DNA from: a virus
IMG/VR virus record: IMGVR_UViG_3300009678_000013
DNA length: 48,699 nucleotides
Reading direction: 5' to 3' (one strand)
Positions 18,803 to 27,799 of the stretch are shown here, one piece after another. Numbering within the stretch: position 1 is the stretch's first letter; each line of letters starts with the position of its first letter. The notes under the pieces are model-generated. The model did not search any database. It saw nothing but the letters and a program-made list of their open reading frames with translations, and had not been told where the DNA came from. The position numbers and the translations under genes were made by a program.

Positions 18803-18993
18803 GGCTTCACTTTCTTTTTCCGGCCCTTCAATTGGGCCATGCCACAGACGATCGAATGCCCCTGCCCGCACCTCTCGCATTTGGTATCAAGAATATCCCG
18901 CCAATGAGCATAGACATACAGCGCGAACTTATTGAACGCGCCACAGGTCTTGCAATTGTAGCCCTTGGAAGGCTCGCTGACTTTGACACTCAT
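18799..18993 (-). CDS. Small zinc-ribbon protein
   Basis: 64 aa from MSVKVSEP. CKTC...CERC motifs. ATGA overlap. Confidence 0.55.
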   Translation of the reverse strand: MSVKVSEPSKGYNCKTCGAFNKFALYVYAHWRDILDTKCERCGQGHSIVCGMAQLKGRKKKVKP

Positions 18994-19190
18994 ACCTTCA
19001 TCTTTCGTGCTGCCCATTCATTGATGACCTTGATCGCTTCCTCGCGACAAGCATCACACAGAAGGCGTTCAATCGTGCCATCGACTTTTAACGTCGCCCA
19101 ATAATCCGGTCGGCTGTTCGTGTAGTAGCCGGATATGCCACAGACATCGCACTTATAGAGGAAGGCCCTCGGAATTTCCGTGATGCTCAT
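18990..19190 (-). CDS. Small zinc-ribbon protein
   Basis: 66 aa. CDVC...CDAC motifs. Confidence 0.6.
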   Translation of the reverse strand: MSITEIPRAFLYKCDVCGISGYYTNSRPDYWATLKVDGTIERLLCDACREEAIKVINEWAARKMKV

Positions 19191-19822
19191 GCTTGCGCCT
19201 GTTCCTGTTCCTTCAAATGCCGCTCTAGCAAATCGACTTCCAGCAAGCCGGGATAGTTCTTAGGCCCGCGCTTGATTACGACGCCTGCCATCGCGTCAGC
19301 CCATCCATGTTGGATCAATAGGAAGGAACAGATGCGCTTGGCTGCGGTCATCGGCTCGGCCAGGACATCCTCAAACCATAGCGGCAGGACGTTCTCTTTC
19401 CGCGCCAGGGCTTCGCATTTCTCCAAGATACCGTTGTCGGCGAAAGTCAGATCGCATTTAACCGCCCACATTTTCGACGGCGAGGCATCGATCGGAAGAT
19501 CGGGATCGGTCGATGACAGGAGCTTGACGTGCGACTTCGCTTGCTCGGCCTTGTCCCGACGGCGGCAGAACAGGATGCGATAATCGAAGCCTTCCGGCAT
19601 TGGCGGCGCGGCAGCCCACGGATCGACCCACTTCACGACGAAGCCAGGATGGCGCGACAGGAAGCGGTCATGGCGCTTCTCGAAAACATCGTGCGTCTCA
19701 AAGGCTGGATAGCGCCCCGCCATCGGGAATCCTGCGGCATGGAGCATTTGACAGGCCAGCGACGTTCCCGATCGAGGCGTGCCGACGACGGCATAGATGC
19801 GAGGGCCGGGAAGCGTGTTCAT
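19187..19822 (-). CDS. Sulfotransferase-family protein
   Basis: 211 aa from MNTLPGPRIY. VVGTPRSGTSL resembles the PAPS 5'-phosphosulfate-binding loop. FCRRRDKAEQAKS resembles the 3'-phosphate-binding RxxDxxxS motif. Confidence 0.55.
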   Translation of the reverse strand: MNTLPGPRIYAVVGTPRSGTSLACQMLHAAGFPMAGRYPAFETHDVFEKRHDRFLSRHPGFVVKWVDPWAAAPPMPEGFDYRILFCRRRDKAEQAKSHVKLLSSTDPDLPIDASPSKMWAVKCDLTFADNGILEKCEALARKENVLPLWFEDVLAEPMTAAKRICSFLLIQHGWADAMAGVVIKRGPKNYPGLLEVDLLERHLKEQEQAQA

Positions 19823-20220
19823 GGCTTCACCTTCTCGACCGTCACATTGCCGTCGCTGTATGTTCGCATTGTGTGCGTCGCGTTTATTCTTGCGGACCAG
19901 CACACTTCCGTTCGGTCATCAGATACGCGCAGGTAGAAAGTTTCCACAACCTCGGGCGGGATGATGAGGTCGCGGCCAAAATCATCGTATTCAGCGTTAT
20001 TCCATCTGCCGTCTGTGGCATAAGAACAAACATCTTCACCGCCGTCTTTCATACGTAGCCCGACGATTGGATAAGCACCACCAACACGGTCATTTGCGAT
20101 CACTCGCACGTCGCGCCCGCTTCGATCCTTGTAAACGTCGCCAACTTTGATGGTCATCGTTGCGCTTCCTTGATGTGATAGGCTCGCCGTAAGGAACTCC
20201 GCCAGTTCAAGGTCAGTCAT
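19819..20220 (-). CDS. Hypothetical protein
   Basis: 133 aa from MTDLELAEF. ATGA overlaps at both ends. Confidence 0.5.
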   Translation of the reverse strand: MTDLELAEFLTASLSHQGSATMTIKVGDVYKDRSGRDVRVIANDRVGGAYPIVGLRMKDGGEDVCSYATDGRWNNAEYDDFGRDLIIPPEVVETFYLRVSDDRTEVCWSARINATHTMRTYSDGNVTVEKVKP

Positions 20221-20444
20221 ACTTGCTCCATCGGCGGGCGGTATTTCTCGACAAGCTCCTGCATCCGAAGGCGGTTGTCGATTAGCTCCATGACCTCGGC
20301 GTAGGATTGCTTTACCCAAATGGGATAGGGCGCTCCGATCAAATGGACGTAGGCGCTTTTGCTGGTTTCCTGCACCGCCGCGATGGCTGCCAGATTGACC
20401 GAGACTGACAGCCCTTCGATGGTATGGAGAACGATCATCCTCAT
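20217..20444 (-). CDS. Small protein, paralog of the next gene; FlbD-like fold suspected
   Basis: 75 aa. It shares the pattern V-x-V-N...I...V-x-E...dE-V/I with ORF 20441..20632. Confidence 0.45.
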   Translation of the reverse strand: MRMIVLHTIEGLSVSVNLAAIAAVQETSKSAYVHLIGAPYPIWVKQSYAEVMELIDNRLRMQELVEKYRPPMEQV

Positions 20445-20632
20445 CCCGACACCATTTCATTGATTAGCTGCAATTCGATGGCAATTTCATCGAAGGTCTT
20501 TTGCGTGGTGATTTCATGGCCCGATGAAAAGACCAGGACCGCCTTGCCTGCACCGCTTTCCACGATGCACTCGATCCGGCGCGGATTCACGATCACCTTT
20601 TTGCCTTGGTTGTCTAAGAATGCGCGAAGCAT
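20441..20632 (-). CDS. Small protein; FlbD-like fold suspected
   Basis: 63 aa (KKVIVNPRRIECIVESGAGKAVLVFSSGHEI...). Confidence 0.45.
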   Translation of the reverse strand: MLRAFLDNQGKKVIVNPRRIECIVESGAGKAVLVFSSGHEITTQKTFDEIAIELQLINEMVSG

Positions 20633-20634
20633 GG

Positions 20635-21513
20635 TCAGGTTCCTTTCATGAGTTGCACAGCAAATTCGCTGCCGTAATCGACGCGGAAGCCAGCGGCATG
20701 TTCATGCCCGCCGCCGCCGAAGTGTTTGGCGACTTGGCTGACATCGAGTCCATCGTCGGCGGATCGCAGCGAGAATCCAATTCCATCCTTGCCAAGCCAG
20801 TAGGCTGCGGCGAACAGGGAATCTTGGCAAAGGATGTTCGCCGAGTCAGACGCCATGTGATAGGGCACGTTGACGATCGGGATGTCATAGCAATCGGTCG
20901 CGCCGACCCACCATTTGATCGTCCTGCCGGTCAGATCGATGGCTTTATGACAATCCAACATATGCTTACGAAGGATGCCCTCGCCGCCTTGGGCGAACTC
21001 CCAAAGCCATTCGACGCTGCGGCTATTGAGGATGATGTCAGCCCAGGTCTTGATGTCCATCGGATAGCTGGCGAGATTGGCGATGATTGCCCTTGTCTCT
21101 GGATACCGAAAGCGCCACAGATCGCGATCCTCGATATGTGTCAGCATCGGCGGCATGTCGATGTTCTTGTGCATGTTGAAATAATCCCAGGTCATCACGC
21201 AGCCGGAATTGTCCTGGCCGAAGATGGCGCGGAGTTTCGGATTATGGTCAGGAAACAGCCCGTCCAAATCCTCGATCGCCGACTTGTGATGATCGATCAA
21301 AAGCATCGACTTGCAATCGAGCATCATCTTCGCCATGACCGGGCGCTTATAGGAGAAGTCCACAATGATGACATCGCGATCCCGCACATCGGGCGGCTCG
21401 TTCTGATAGACGCCAGGGTAAAGCTCGACCTCGCCGCCGTAGTTGTTCCAGACAACCCAAGCCGAGGCGAAGCCGTCGAAACAGCCGCCGTGGTAGATGC
21501 AGAGGGGATTCAT
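20635..21513 (-). CDS. DHH/DHHA1-family phosphoesterase (NrnA/RecJ-like)
   Basis: 292 aa. DHH motif LIDHHKS and C-terminal DHHA1 motif GGGGHEHAAGF. Confidence 0.75.
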   Translation of the reverse strand: MNPLCIYHGGCFDGFASAWVVWNNYGGEVELYPGVYQNEPPDVRDRDVIIVDFSYKRPVMAKMMLDCKSMLLIDHHKSAIEDLDGLFPDHNPKLRAIFGQDNSGCVMTWDYFNMHKNIDMPPMLTHIEDRDLWRFRYPETRAIIANLASYPMDIKTWADIILNSRSVEWLWEFAQGGEGILRKHMLDCHKAIDLTGRTIKWWVGATDCYDIPIVNVPYHMASDSANILCQDSLFAAAYWLGKDGIGFSLRSADDGLDVSQVAKHFGGGGHEHAAGFRVDYGSEFAVQLMKGT

Positions 21514-22097
21514 CCGTTCGCTCCTGGTTCATGTTGCCGCTTGGGTTCCAGCCCGTTGATAACCGCGCCGGGGAAAATCTCTTTGACCGATAGGATGGCC
21601 CGCGAGGCGGCAAGCAAGCTCGCCACTTCGTCGGGCGTCAGGCTGACCGCCTCGGGTTCCGCTGGCGGCATTGCGCCATGTCGATTGCGGATCACGACGC
21701 GCAGGCCGGTTGTGCGATCTATACCTAACAAGTAGGCATCATCGTCCACTTGCGCCTCGACCATCGTTTTGATTGCCAAGGTGTAACCGCGCACCGTTGC
21801 TTGCGCGATCGCCTCTAGTTCGCTCCAATTTTCCTCGATCACGCAGCGGGAATCATAGATTTGAACTTGGTCGAACATGCGCCGGTATAGATCGGGGTTG
21901 ACGCGGGACAAAGCTGCCCATGTCCATCGCGCATGAAATTGGTCAGCGATGGCGTTCACTTGCTCCATGATCTTCGCCAGCCGTTCGCTGTCGGTGATGC
22001 GCCGAGGCGGCGGCGGCGGCAAGTTTGGCCTCGCCATCGGCGACGGCGGCGGAAGCTGTTTTTTCGGCGTCTTAAAATCCTTCGGCATCCTCGCCAT
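21510..22097 (-). CDS. Hypothetical protein with a proline-rich N-terminus
   Basis: 195-aa ORF with an ATGA overlap to the downstream gene. Confidence 0.55.
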   Translation of the reverse strand: MARMPKDFKTPKKQLPPPSPMARPNLPPPPPRRITDSERLAKIMEQVNAIADQFHARWTWAALSRVNPDLYRRMFDQVQIYDSRCVIEENWSELEAIAQATVRGYTLAIKTMVEAQVDDDAYLLGIDRTTGLRVVIRNRHGAMPPAEPEAVSLTPDEVASLLAASRAILSVKEIFPGAVINGLEPKRQHEPGANG

Positions 22098-22125
22098 TGG
22101 GAACCTCTTTCATGACTTCATGAAG

Positions 22126-22701
22126 TTATGACGACATCCTGGCAGCAATCGCGGCCCGCTCCACTTCGGTCAAATCCCAGGCGGCGACGACAACCCACAG
22201 ATCGCCTTTGCCGAGGCGGCGGATGAGCAAGGGGTCAACGGGCGGCAGCCGACGCCACTCCGCTTCCCAAAGGATATGATAGTTCGCCAGTCCGCGCTTC
22301 GGGCGAAGATGAACAGGAATCAGCGGCACGATGGCCTCGCCGTCCAGTCGGTTGCGAATATGCGGAACGGTATTCTCGGGCCACTCAAACCACTTCGCCT
22401 TTGACGCATTGCCTCGCGGCCAAGCACCGGGGCCGAAGCGCATGGAGCCATTGTGCCAGCGGAAGAAACGAACCTTTTTCTCGACCGCGTGGGAGATTGC
22501 CAGCTTGGGAAAGCCAGCATCATCGAACCCGGCGTTGATGATCGACTCCAAGGCCCGGATCACGACGCGGCCCTGGCTTATCATCTTGTAGGTCCGCTGG
22601 ATTTCATGATCGATCGGCGCGGCATAGTGCTGATGCTTCCGATATTCGCGATAGAGGCGAAGCGCCTCTAGGCGATCCATTTCAATTCGTGATGTTTCCA
22701 T
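22126..22701 (-). CDS. Hypothetical protein
   Basis: 191-aa ORF with RBS aggaga upstream. Confidence 0.55.
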   Translation of the reverse strand: METSRIEMDRLEALRLYREYRKHQHYAAPIDHEIQRTYKMISQGRVVIRALESIINAGFDDAGFPKLAISHAVEKKVRFFRWHNGSMRFGPGAWPRGNASKAKWFEWPENTVPHIRNRLDGEAIVPLIPVHLRPKRGLANYHILWEAEWRRLPPVDPLLIRRLGKGDLWVVVAAWDLTEVERAAIAARMSS

Positions 22702-22729
22702 TTCCTGTCTCCTGTCTTTTGTGTTGCGA

Positions 22730-22954
22730 TCAATGGTCGGGGTGATCTTCCTTCCACTTTGTCATTTCCTTGGCGCACCACTCGGCTTCTGCCAGTTTGG
22801 CCGCGCTCTTGCCTTCCATGAATCCAGCTAGGATCGCCCAAATCCTAATTAGGATCGGTGCGACCGGATCGCGAGCGAGCAACACGAACATCGGCTCATC
22901 CGGCTCGGCTTTGGAGTAGCAATCATATTGCCCCGGATTATTTTTCGTTCCCAT
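22730..22954 (-). CDS. Hypothetical protein
   Basis: 74-aa ORF. Confidence 0.55.
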   Translation of the reverse strand: MGTKNNPGQYDCYSKAEPDEPMFVLLARDPVAPILIRIWAILAGFMEGKSAAKLAEAEWCAKEMTKWKEDHPDH

Positions 22955-22966
22955 TTTCCCGTTTCC

Positions 22967-23614
22967 TTATGTTGCGGCGATCTTGCCGTAGTCTCCCACC
23001 TTTTCCCACGATGACCGATTAGGCGGTATCCACACTTTGAACGTCGGCCCGTTCCAATGCAGGAGCCAGACAAACCACGAATAGCAAGTCGCCGTGGTCG
23101 CGTCGCGATCGCACCGACCTTGCACCATTGGCACGCGCTGGACGAATTGCATTTCATAGGCCGGCGGATGCGGCAGGAACAATTCATTGTAGCGTTCCTG
23201 TCCCTCGGCGAAGGCCGATCGCGCCAGGATAGCGACCCCATACTTCGCCCGCTCGATCGCGGTCAGGGTAAATTCCTTTGCCATCACGAAAGGCGGATTT
23301 GTGATGATCCAGTCGTAGACCCCGACGGTCGCGAAGTTTGGGAACAGGAAGTCATCGATCGGATAGCCGCCGCCATAGTCGGCGATGTCCGAAGCATGAA
23401 CAGTCTTGAACCGCTCTTTCATCGGCCTGACCATGAAGCCGCGATTGGCCGTCGGCTCCCACACCGAGCCGAAGCTGTTGGCAATTCCGAGGGTGTCGAA
23501 CATATGGAACAGGGCGCGAGTAGCGTGAGGGGGAGTCGGAAAATCGTCTAGGACATCCTTGCCAGTCCCGCGTTGCTGCATCACAGCCGGCGAAGTGTTC
23601 TGTCTCTTGACCAT
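22967..23614 (-). CDS. DNA N6-adenine methyltransferase (orphan)
   Basis: 215 aa. Motifs DDFPTPP and IITNPPF. No partner endonuclease was seen. Confidence 0.7.
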   Translation of the reverse strand: MVKRQNTSPAVMQQRGTGKDVLDDFPTPPHATRALFHMFDTLGIANSFGSVWEPTANRGFMVRPMKERFKTVHASDIADYGGGYPIDDFLFPNFATVGVYDWIITNPPFVMAKEFTLTAIERAKYGVAILARSAFAEGQERYNELFLPHPPAYEMQFVQRVPMVQGRCDRDATTATCYSWFVWLLHWNGPTFKVWIPPNRSSWEKVGDYGKIAAT

Positions 23615-23817
23615 TACTGCCTCACAATCGGCGAGACGACGTGCATCTTAGCGACGCAGGCGGGGCAATGATGCGTGCCCTCGCCGCTGACTGTCACCCA
23701 TCCCTTCGCCTCGGCCATTTTCCATGCTTGGAAAAAATGCTTCTCGCCGGTTATGACTTCCTCGCGGCAGGAATCGCAATTGAAGATGTATTTGTTTTGA
23801 TGCTTCTCTGCGGTCAT
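23614..23817 (-). CDS. Small zinc-finger protein
   Basis: 67 aa. CDSC...CPAC motifs. Confidence 0.6.
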   Translation of the reverse strand: MTAEKHQNKYIFNCDSCREEVITGEKHFFQAWKMAEAKGWVTVSGEGTHHCPACVAKMHVVSPIVRQ

Positions 23818-26567
23818 TCCTTCGGTTCCTCTCCGTCATCCTCGCTTAGTTCGCCGAGCGCATTCTTGGCTTCCTCATCTTGTGCGACTATGGCCTTCAA
23901 TTGTTCAGCAAAGGCGGTTTTGATCTTGGGGTTCAAGTGATAGATGTCTCCCGTTCCCGCTGTTCGCTCGATCCGTATCCAGCCGGCGGTTTGCAGAGCA
24001 TCCAGCACGATCGCCCGGTTAGCGGGCTTGGTCACAAAGCGACGTGATACTCTGCCAAAGTATGATGGCAGCATATAAGCGTTCGATGTTGGATGCAGAA
24101 CCCGTTTGAAAATTCCATAGCAAGCCATTCGCAAATCCCTCGATACATCCGTCTTGTTCTCAAACAGCCAGAACCGCCGATGGTGGTCAGCCGCGATCCC
24201 GAGGATGAAATTGCAGGCCATGAGAATTGTCTGATCGCTGATCGGATGCCAAACCGATGACGTGTTGTTCGCCCAAGCATCGACCGCATGATAGATCAAT
24301 GTAATCTTGATCGCGAATTGCAGATACCGTGTGAAGGTATCGATAAATCCGTCATCCTCATCGCGGTAAACCAATCGCAATTTCTTGGACATCGACAACA
24401 GATGATCGAAGATGTCGATGCCCCGTTCCGATATTCGGAGTTGCGTGATTTCGGGCGGATGTGAATGCAGGATGTTGCGGATCATGGCGTTGTATTTTTT
24501 CTGTAGTTCATCCGCGCCTTCCACGTCGCCATCGCGGATGGATCGATCTTCGGACTCGCCAAAAACAAAGAACATGAACCGTTGATTCATCCCATCCTCG
24601 GCAGCCTCGCCGATCTTTAGCTTTGCCGCCTTGCTTGGCGTCATGCCGCCGATGATCGATACTGCCGTCGGCGGAATGATCGTGACGCCATCCTTGACCC
24701 GATCGATGATGACGCGCTTGCCGGCGTGCAAGGTCAGATAGCGTTCCCGATCCGCGCCCTGCGATCCCGACTTGAATTCATTGAACGACTTAAAGAACCC
24801 TGACAGTTCGTCAACGTGGGCCAGGAGCGCCCCATTGTAGGAGCAGCTATCTTCCGATCCCAACAGCTTCGCCAGCGATGCCGTGGTCATGTCGTTTGTG
24901 ATGATGCGCCTTTCCTTCGGCGGATCAGGCGGCAGGCTCTTATCCTTTTTGTCCCTTCCGGCGAGCATTTGCTTATAGGCTTGGCGCTCGGCTTCGTATT
25001 GCTTGCGTAATGTAATCGTCTCCCATTCCAGCGGTTCGATCGCGCTGTTGATTACCGAGGTCTTGCCGCCGCCCGATGGGCTAACAAGAGCGCACCACAA
25101 ATGCGGCATCGTGGATGCCCCTCGAATCTTCTCATTGGTCATCGATTTGAGGTTCGCCATTTGGATGTTGCTGCCGAGCGAGGTTGCGATCGCCGTCATC
25201 ATTGGCACCAGGGACAACACCGGATCGGTCCCATAGATGCCATGATATTTTTGCGCCAAGTCCAACAGCAATGGCGGCGCATGATCCTCTGTCAGCACCG
25301 CCTTGAACTTTGCCCATGGCACCAGGGTAATTTCTTCCAGCGGTATAGGGTCAGGCCATTCGGCTGACATGACTGGCGCTGGCCCAGGCGATCCCAGGCG
25401 GATACCGGGCGGAGCTACAGGGATACGCTTGCCCGAGGCAATTGCCGCCTTGACATCGGCGAGGTTAGAAATGGTTGCCGATGTCGCCCTGACATCGGCA
25501 GTAGCAGCCGCAGCCTGCGAAGCGATCGATGCTTGCGCTCGGAGTTGTGTCGCTTCCAGCTTCGACTTGATGTCGGGGTCATATTTTTGATGGGCGGTCG
25601 CGACCATCTTGGCGATGTTGCGGCGCTCGGTTTTCCAGTTCCAGGCGTAGGGCTGCACGTTCGCCCGCATGGCGCATTGCATCGTCGCCTGCATCACCAG
25701 TTCGATAATATCCTCATCGGCCATGCCGGTGTTCACCAGCGATCCGGTCACGACCAATTGAGTGTTGTGGATGTTGTTCGCACCGGGCGATCGATGCGTC
25801 ATGTTTGCCAGCGAGGAAGCAACATCGATGGGAGCCGACCGATCGAACTTCGCGCCGTAGGCTTGCCAAGCATTTTGCGCCTCGGCAGCGCGGCCTTCTA
25901 CTAGCGGAGCTTCCAGCACCGGGCTTTGATAGCTGGCCCAATCTTCCAGGTCCGACAGTTCATAGCGGATCACCGGACCACCCGCCTCGGGGTAGGCGAT
26001 GTAAATCCGCCGACCGGTTTCCTCGTATTTCCAATTGGCGGAGCCAGGGATTCGCAAAATTCTGGCGACATCATGACAGACAGGATCGCCGGCCATCATG
26101 CCCGAAAGCTGGCGGTTCAATTGCTCCAATCGCTCGACGTTCTCGCGCCCTTCCTCGGTCTTAGGATCGATGTTCAATGGCTCTCGAAAAAGCCAATAGC
26201 AATGCACGCCGCCGCCCGAGTGAATGATGAATGTCGGCTTGAACATCAAGCCCATCAACGCATCTTGAACCTTTTTCCCTTCCAGCTTTTGCTTGTCCAC
26301 GTCCAAATCGACCCAGGCGCATGTCGCCTCGACACAGTTTTCGGCGCTCCCCTTGGCGACCATCGGCCGACGGAGAGTCACACCGAAATAGACGTTCGCC
26401 CTTCGGCCCGTCCATTGCGTGACAAAATCTTCTACTTGTTTGAGATTTTGGGCCATCAGGGTTCGCGGCCCCTTGTCGGTTAAAGCGCGAACCTCGATCG
26501 ATGCCGGGTTGAAAGATGAGTTTTCAAAGACCGCCCCTAAGAAACGGCTTGCAGCACCATCCGCCAT
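23814..26567 (-). CDS. Bifunctional AEP primase-polymerase / DUF3987-type helicase
   Basis: 917 aa. AEP motifs WVDLDVD and SGGGVHCYW. Walker A VSPSGGGKTS in the C-terminal half. Confidence 0.75.
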   Translation of the reverse strand: MADGAASRFLGAVFENSSFNPASIEVRALTDKGPRTLMAQNLKQVEDFVTQWTGRRANVYFGVTLRRPMVAKGSAENCVEATCAWVDLDVDKQKLEGKKVQDALMGLMFKPTFIIHSGGGVHCYWLFREPLNIDPKTEEGRENVERLEQLNRQLSGMMAGDPVCHDVARILRIPGSANWKYEETGRRIYIAYPEAGGPVIRYELSDLEDWASYQSPVLEAPLVEGRAAEAQNAWQAYGAKFDRSAPIDVASSLANMTHRSPGANNIHNTQLVVTGSLVNTGMADEDIIELVMQATMQCAMRANVQPYAWNWKTERRNIAKMVATAHQKYDPDIKSKLEATQLRAQASIASQAAAATADVRATSATISNLADVKAAIASGKRIPVAPPGIRLGSPGPAPVMSAEWPDPIPLEEITLVPWAKFKAVLTEDHAPPLLLDLAQKYHGIYGTDPVLSLVPMMTAIATSLGSNIQMANLKSMTNEKIRGASTMPHLWCALVSPSGGGKTSVINSAIEPLEWETITLRKQYEAERQAYKQMLAGRDKKDKSLPPDPPKERRIITNDMTTASLAKLLGSEDSCSYNGALLAHVDELSGFFKSFNEFKSGSQGADRERYLTLHAGKRVIIDRVKDGVTIIPPTAVSIIGGMTPSKAAKLKIGEAAEDGMNQRFMFFVFGESEDRSIRDGDVEGADELQKKYNAMIRNILHSHPPEITQLRISERGIDIFDHLLSMSKKLRLVYRDEDDGFIDTFTRYLQFAIKITLIYHAVDAWANNTSSVWHPISDQTILMACNFILGIAADHHRRFWLFENKTDVSRDLRMACYGIFKRVLHPTSNAYMLPSYFGRVSRRFVTKPANRAIVLDALQTAGWIRIERTAGTGDIYHLNPKIKTAFAEQLKAIVAQDEEAKNALGELSEDDGEEPKE

Positions 26568-26618
26568 GACTAAGATGCCCCTAACCCTTGGTTAGCGTGG
26601 AACCTCACCGGGGGTAGG

Positions 26619-26655
26619 AACGGCGGCGCTTGACCTCCCAGGTCGCGCCGCCGTT
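26619..26655. other. GC-rich hairpin between the SSB-like and primase genes
   Basis: 11-bp stem aacggcggcgc/gcgccgccgtt. No U-run in leftward sense. A gaggttccac box lies just downstream in leftward sense. Confidence 0.5.
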
Positions 26656-26681
26656 TCCGCTTTTCCCCGATCCCCTAACTC

Positions 26682-27734
26682 CTAGAACCCATGACCGGGA
26701 CGATGCCCCGGCATTGGTCCCTGCGGCCCCTGTGGGGCTGGCGGTCCCTGCCTCTGTGGCGCAGGGCCGGGTTGTGGCTGGCCCTGCATCGGCTGCGGAG
26801 CGAAGCCGCCGCCAGGAGCAGGCGGCTGTCCCTGCGGCGGCTGTTGCTGCGGAGCATAGTTCTGCGGCGGCTGGCCCTGCGGCGGGTAGTAGGGAGCCGG
26901 CGCGGATGGTCCCTGCGGCGGGTAGCCTTGATGCTGCGGCTGCCCCTGCATCGGCGGCTGATAGCCAGGAGCGGGCATTTGCGGAGCTTGGGGGATCGGC
27001 GACTGGACCGGGCGACCGACCGCCTGTGGAGCTACCGGACCCCGAGGATTGCCAGTCGGCTGCGAGGCGTCGGGCTGCGGCCCGTCATCCTGCCATGCCA
27101 CAAGGCGAAGGTTCGGGAACTTGATGAACCGACGGAATTCCTTGTGTTCATACTGGCCGACTTCCAGCAGCACGATCGGCGATGTCTCGGGATAGATGCG
27201 GACCCGATCGCCATAGAGCTTGCAAAGCCGGCCGATGGCACCGATGCCGCCCTTGCTCGACGTGGAAAAGACGCCCTCGCTGATGCCATCCACTTCATAG
27301 CCCTGGCAGAACGTGAACGGCACCTGATTGACGAAGGCCCATGGATCACGCGGCCGACCGTCGGTCCCGACTTCCCAATAGGAAGCATCCAGATCGCCCA
27401 ATTCCTCGCGCCGGTAGGGCTGATAGCCCCGGAGCAGCAGGCCGAGGTATTCGCTGACCACTGTTTCGTTCTGGAATTTGAGCCAGCCGATTTCAAGGTG
27501 CTGCATATCGACGGCGATCGGCGATCCGTAGGGAGTCGGCGAACGGTTCTGACCGAGCAGATAGTAGCCATCGATGAATTTGAGGATCGGATTGCCGGCG
27601 CGATCGGCCTGTTGGCCGTAGGCTTCATAGTAGTTGGCAACAGTCTGTGGATCGAACCCGGCGACCGCTGTGGATTGCGGAGCCATAGGAACTACGTTTC
27701 CGCCTGTGGTCGGCGGCACTTGCCCATCGTTCAT
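26682..27734 (-). CDS. Putative ssDNA-binding or annealing protein with a roughly 130-aa P/Q/G-rich tail
   Basis: 350 aa. Globular N-terminal 210 aa, then a PQGQPP-type low-complexity tail. Located between the nuclease and primase genes. Confidence 0.35.
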   Translation of the reverse strand: MNDGQVPPTTGGNVVPMAPQSTAVAGFDPQTVANYYEAYGQQADRAGNPILKFIDGYYLLGQNRSPTPYGSPIAVDMQHLEIGWLKFQNETVVSEYLGLLLRGYQPYRREELGDLDASYWEVGTDGRPRDPWAFVNQVPFTFCQGYEVDGISEGVFSTSSKGGIGAIGRLCKLYGDRVRIYPETSPIVLLEVGQYEHKEFRRFIKFPNLRLVAWQDDGPQPDASQPTGNPRGPVAPQAVGRPVQSPIPQAPQMPAPGYQPPMQGQPQHQGYPPQGPSAPAPYYPPQGQPPQNYAPQQQPPQGQPPAPGGGFAPQPMQGQPQPGPAPQRQGPPAPQGPQGPMPGHRPGHGF

Positions 27735-27799
27735 TAGGAATCTCCTGTCTAGGTGTGGAACTAAAGGATCGACACCCTACGCCCGAGCTTCGATGCTAG

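Noticed and set aside
26690-27090. A repetitive G+C-rich stretch as a non-coding repeat element.
   Set aside because: It shows 3-nt codon periodicity and is the P/Q/G-rich tail of ORF 26682..27734.
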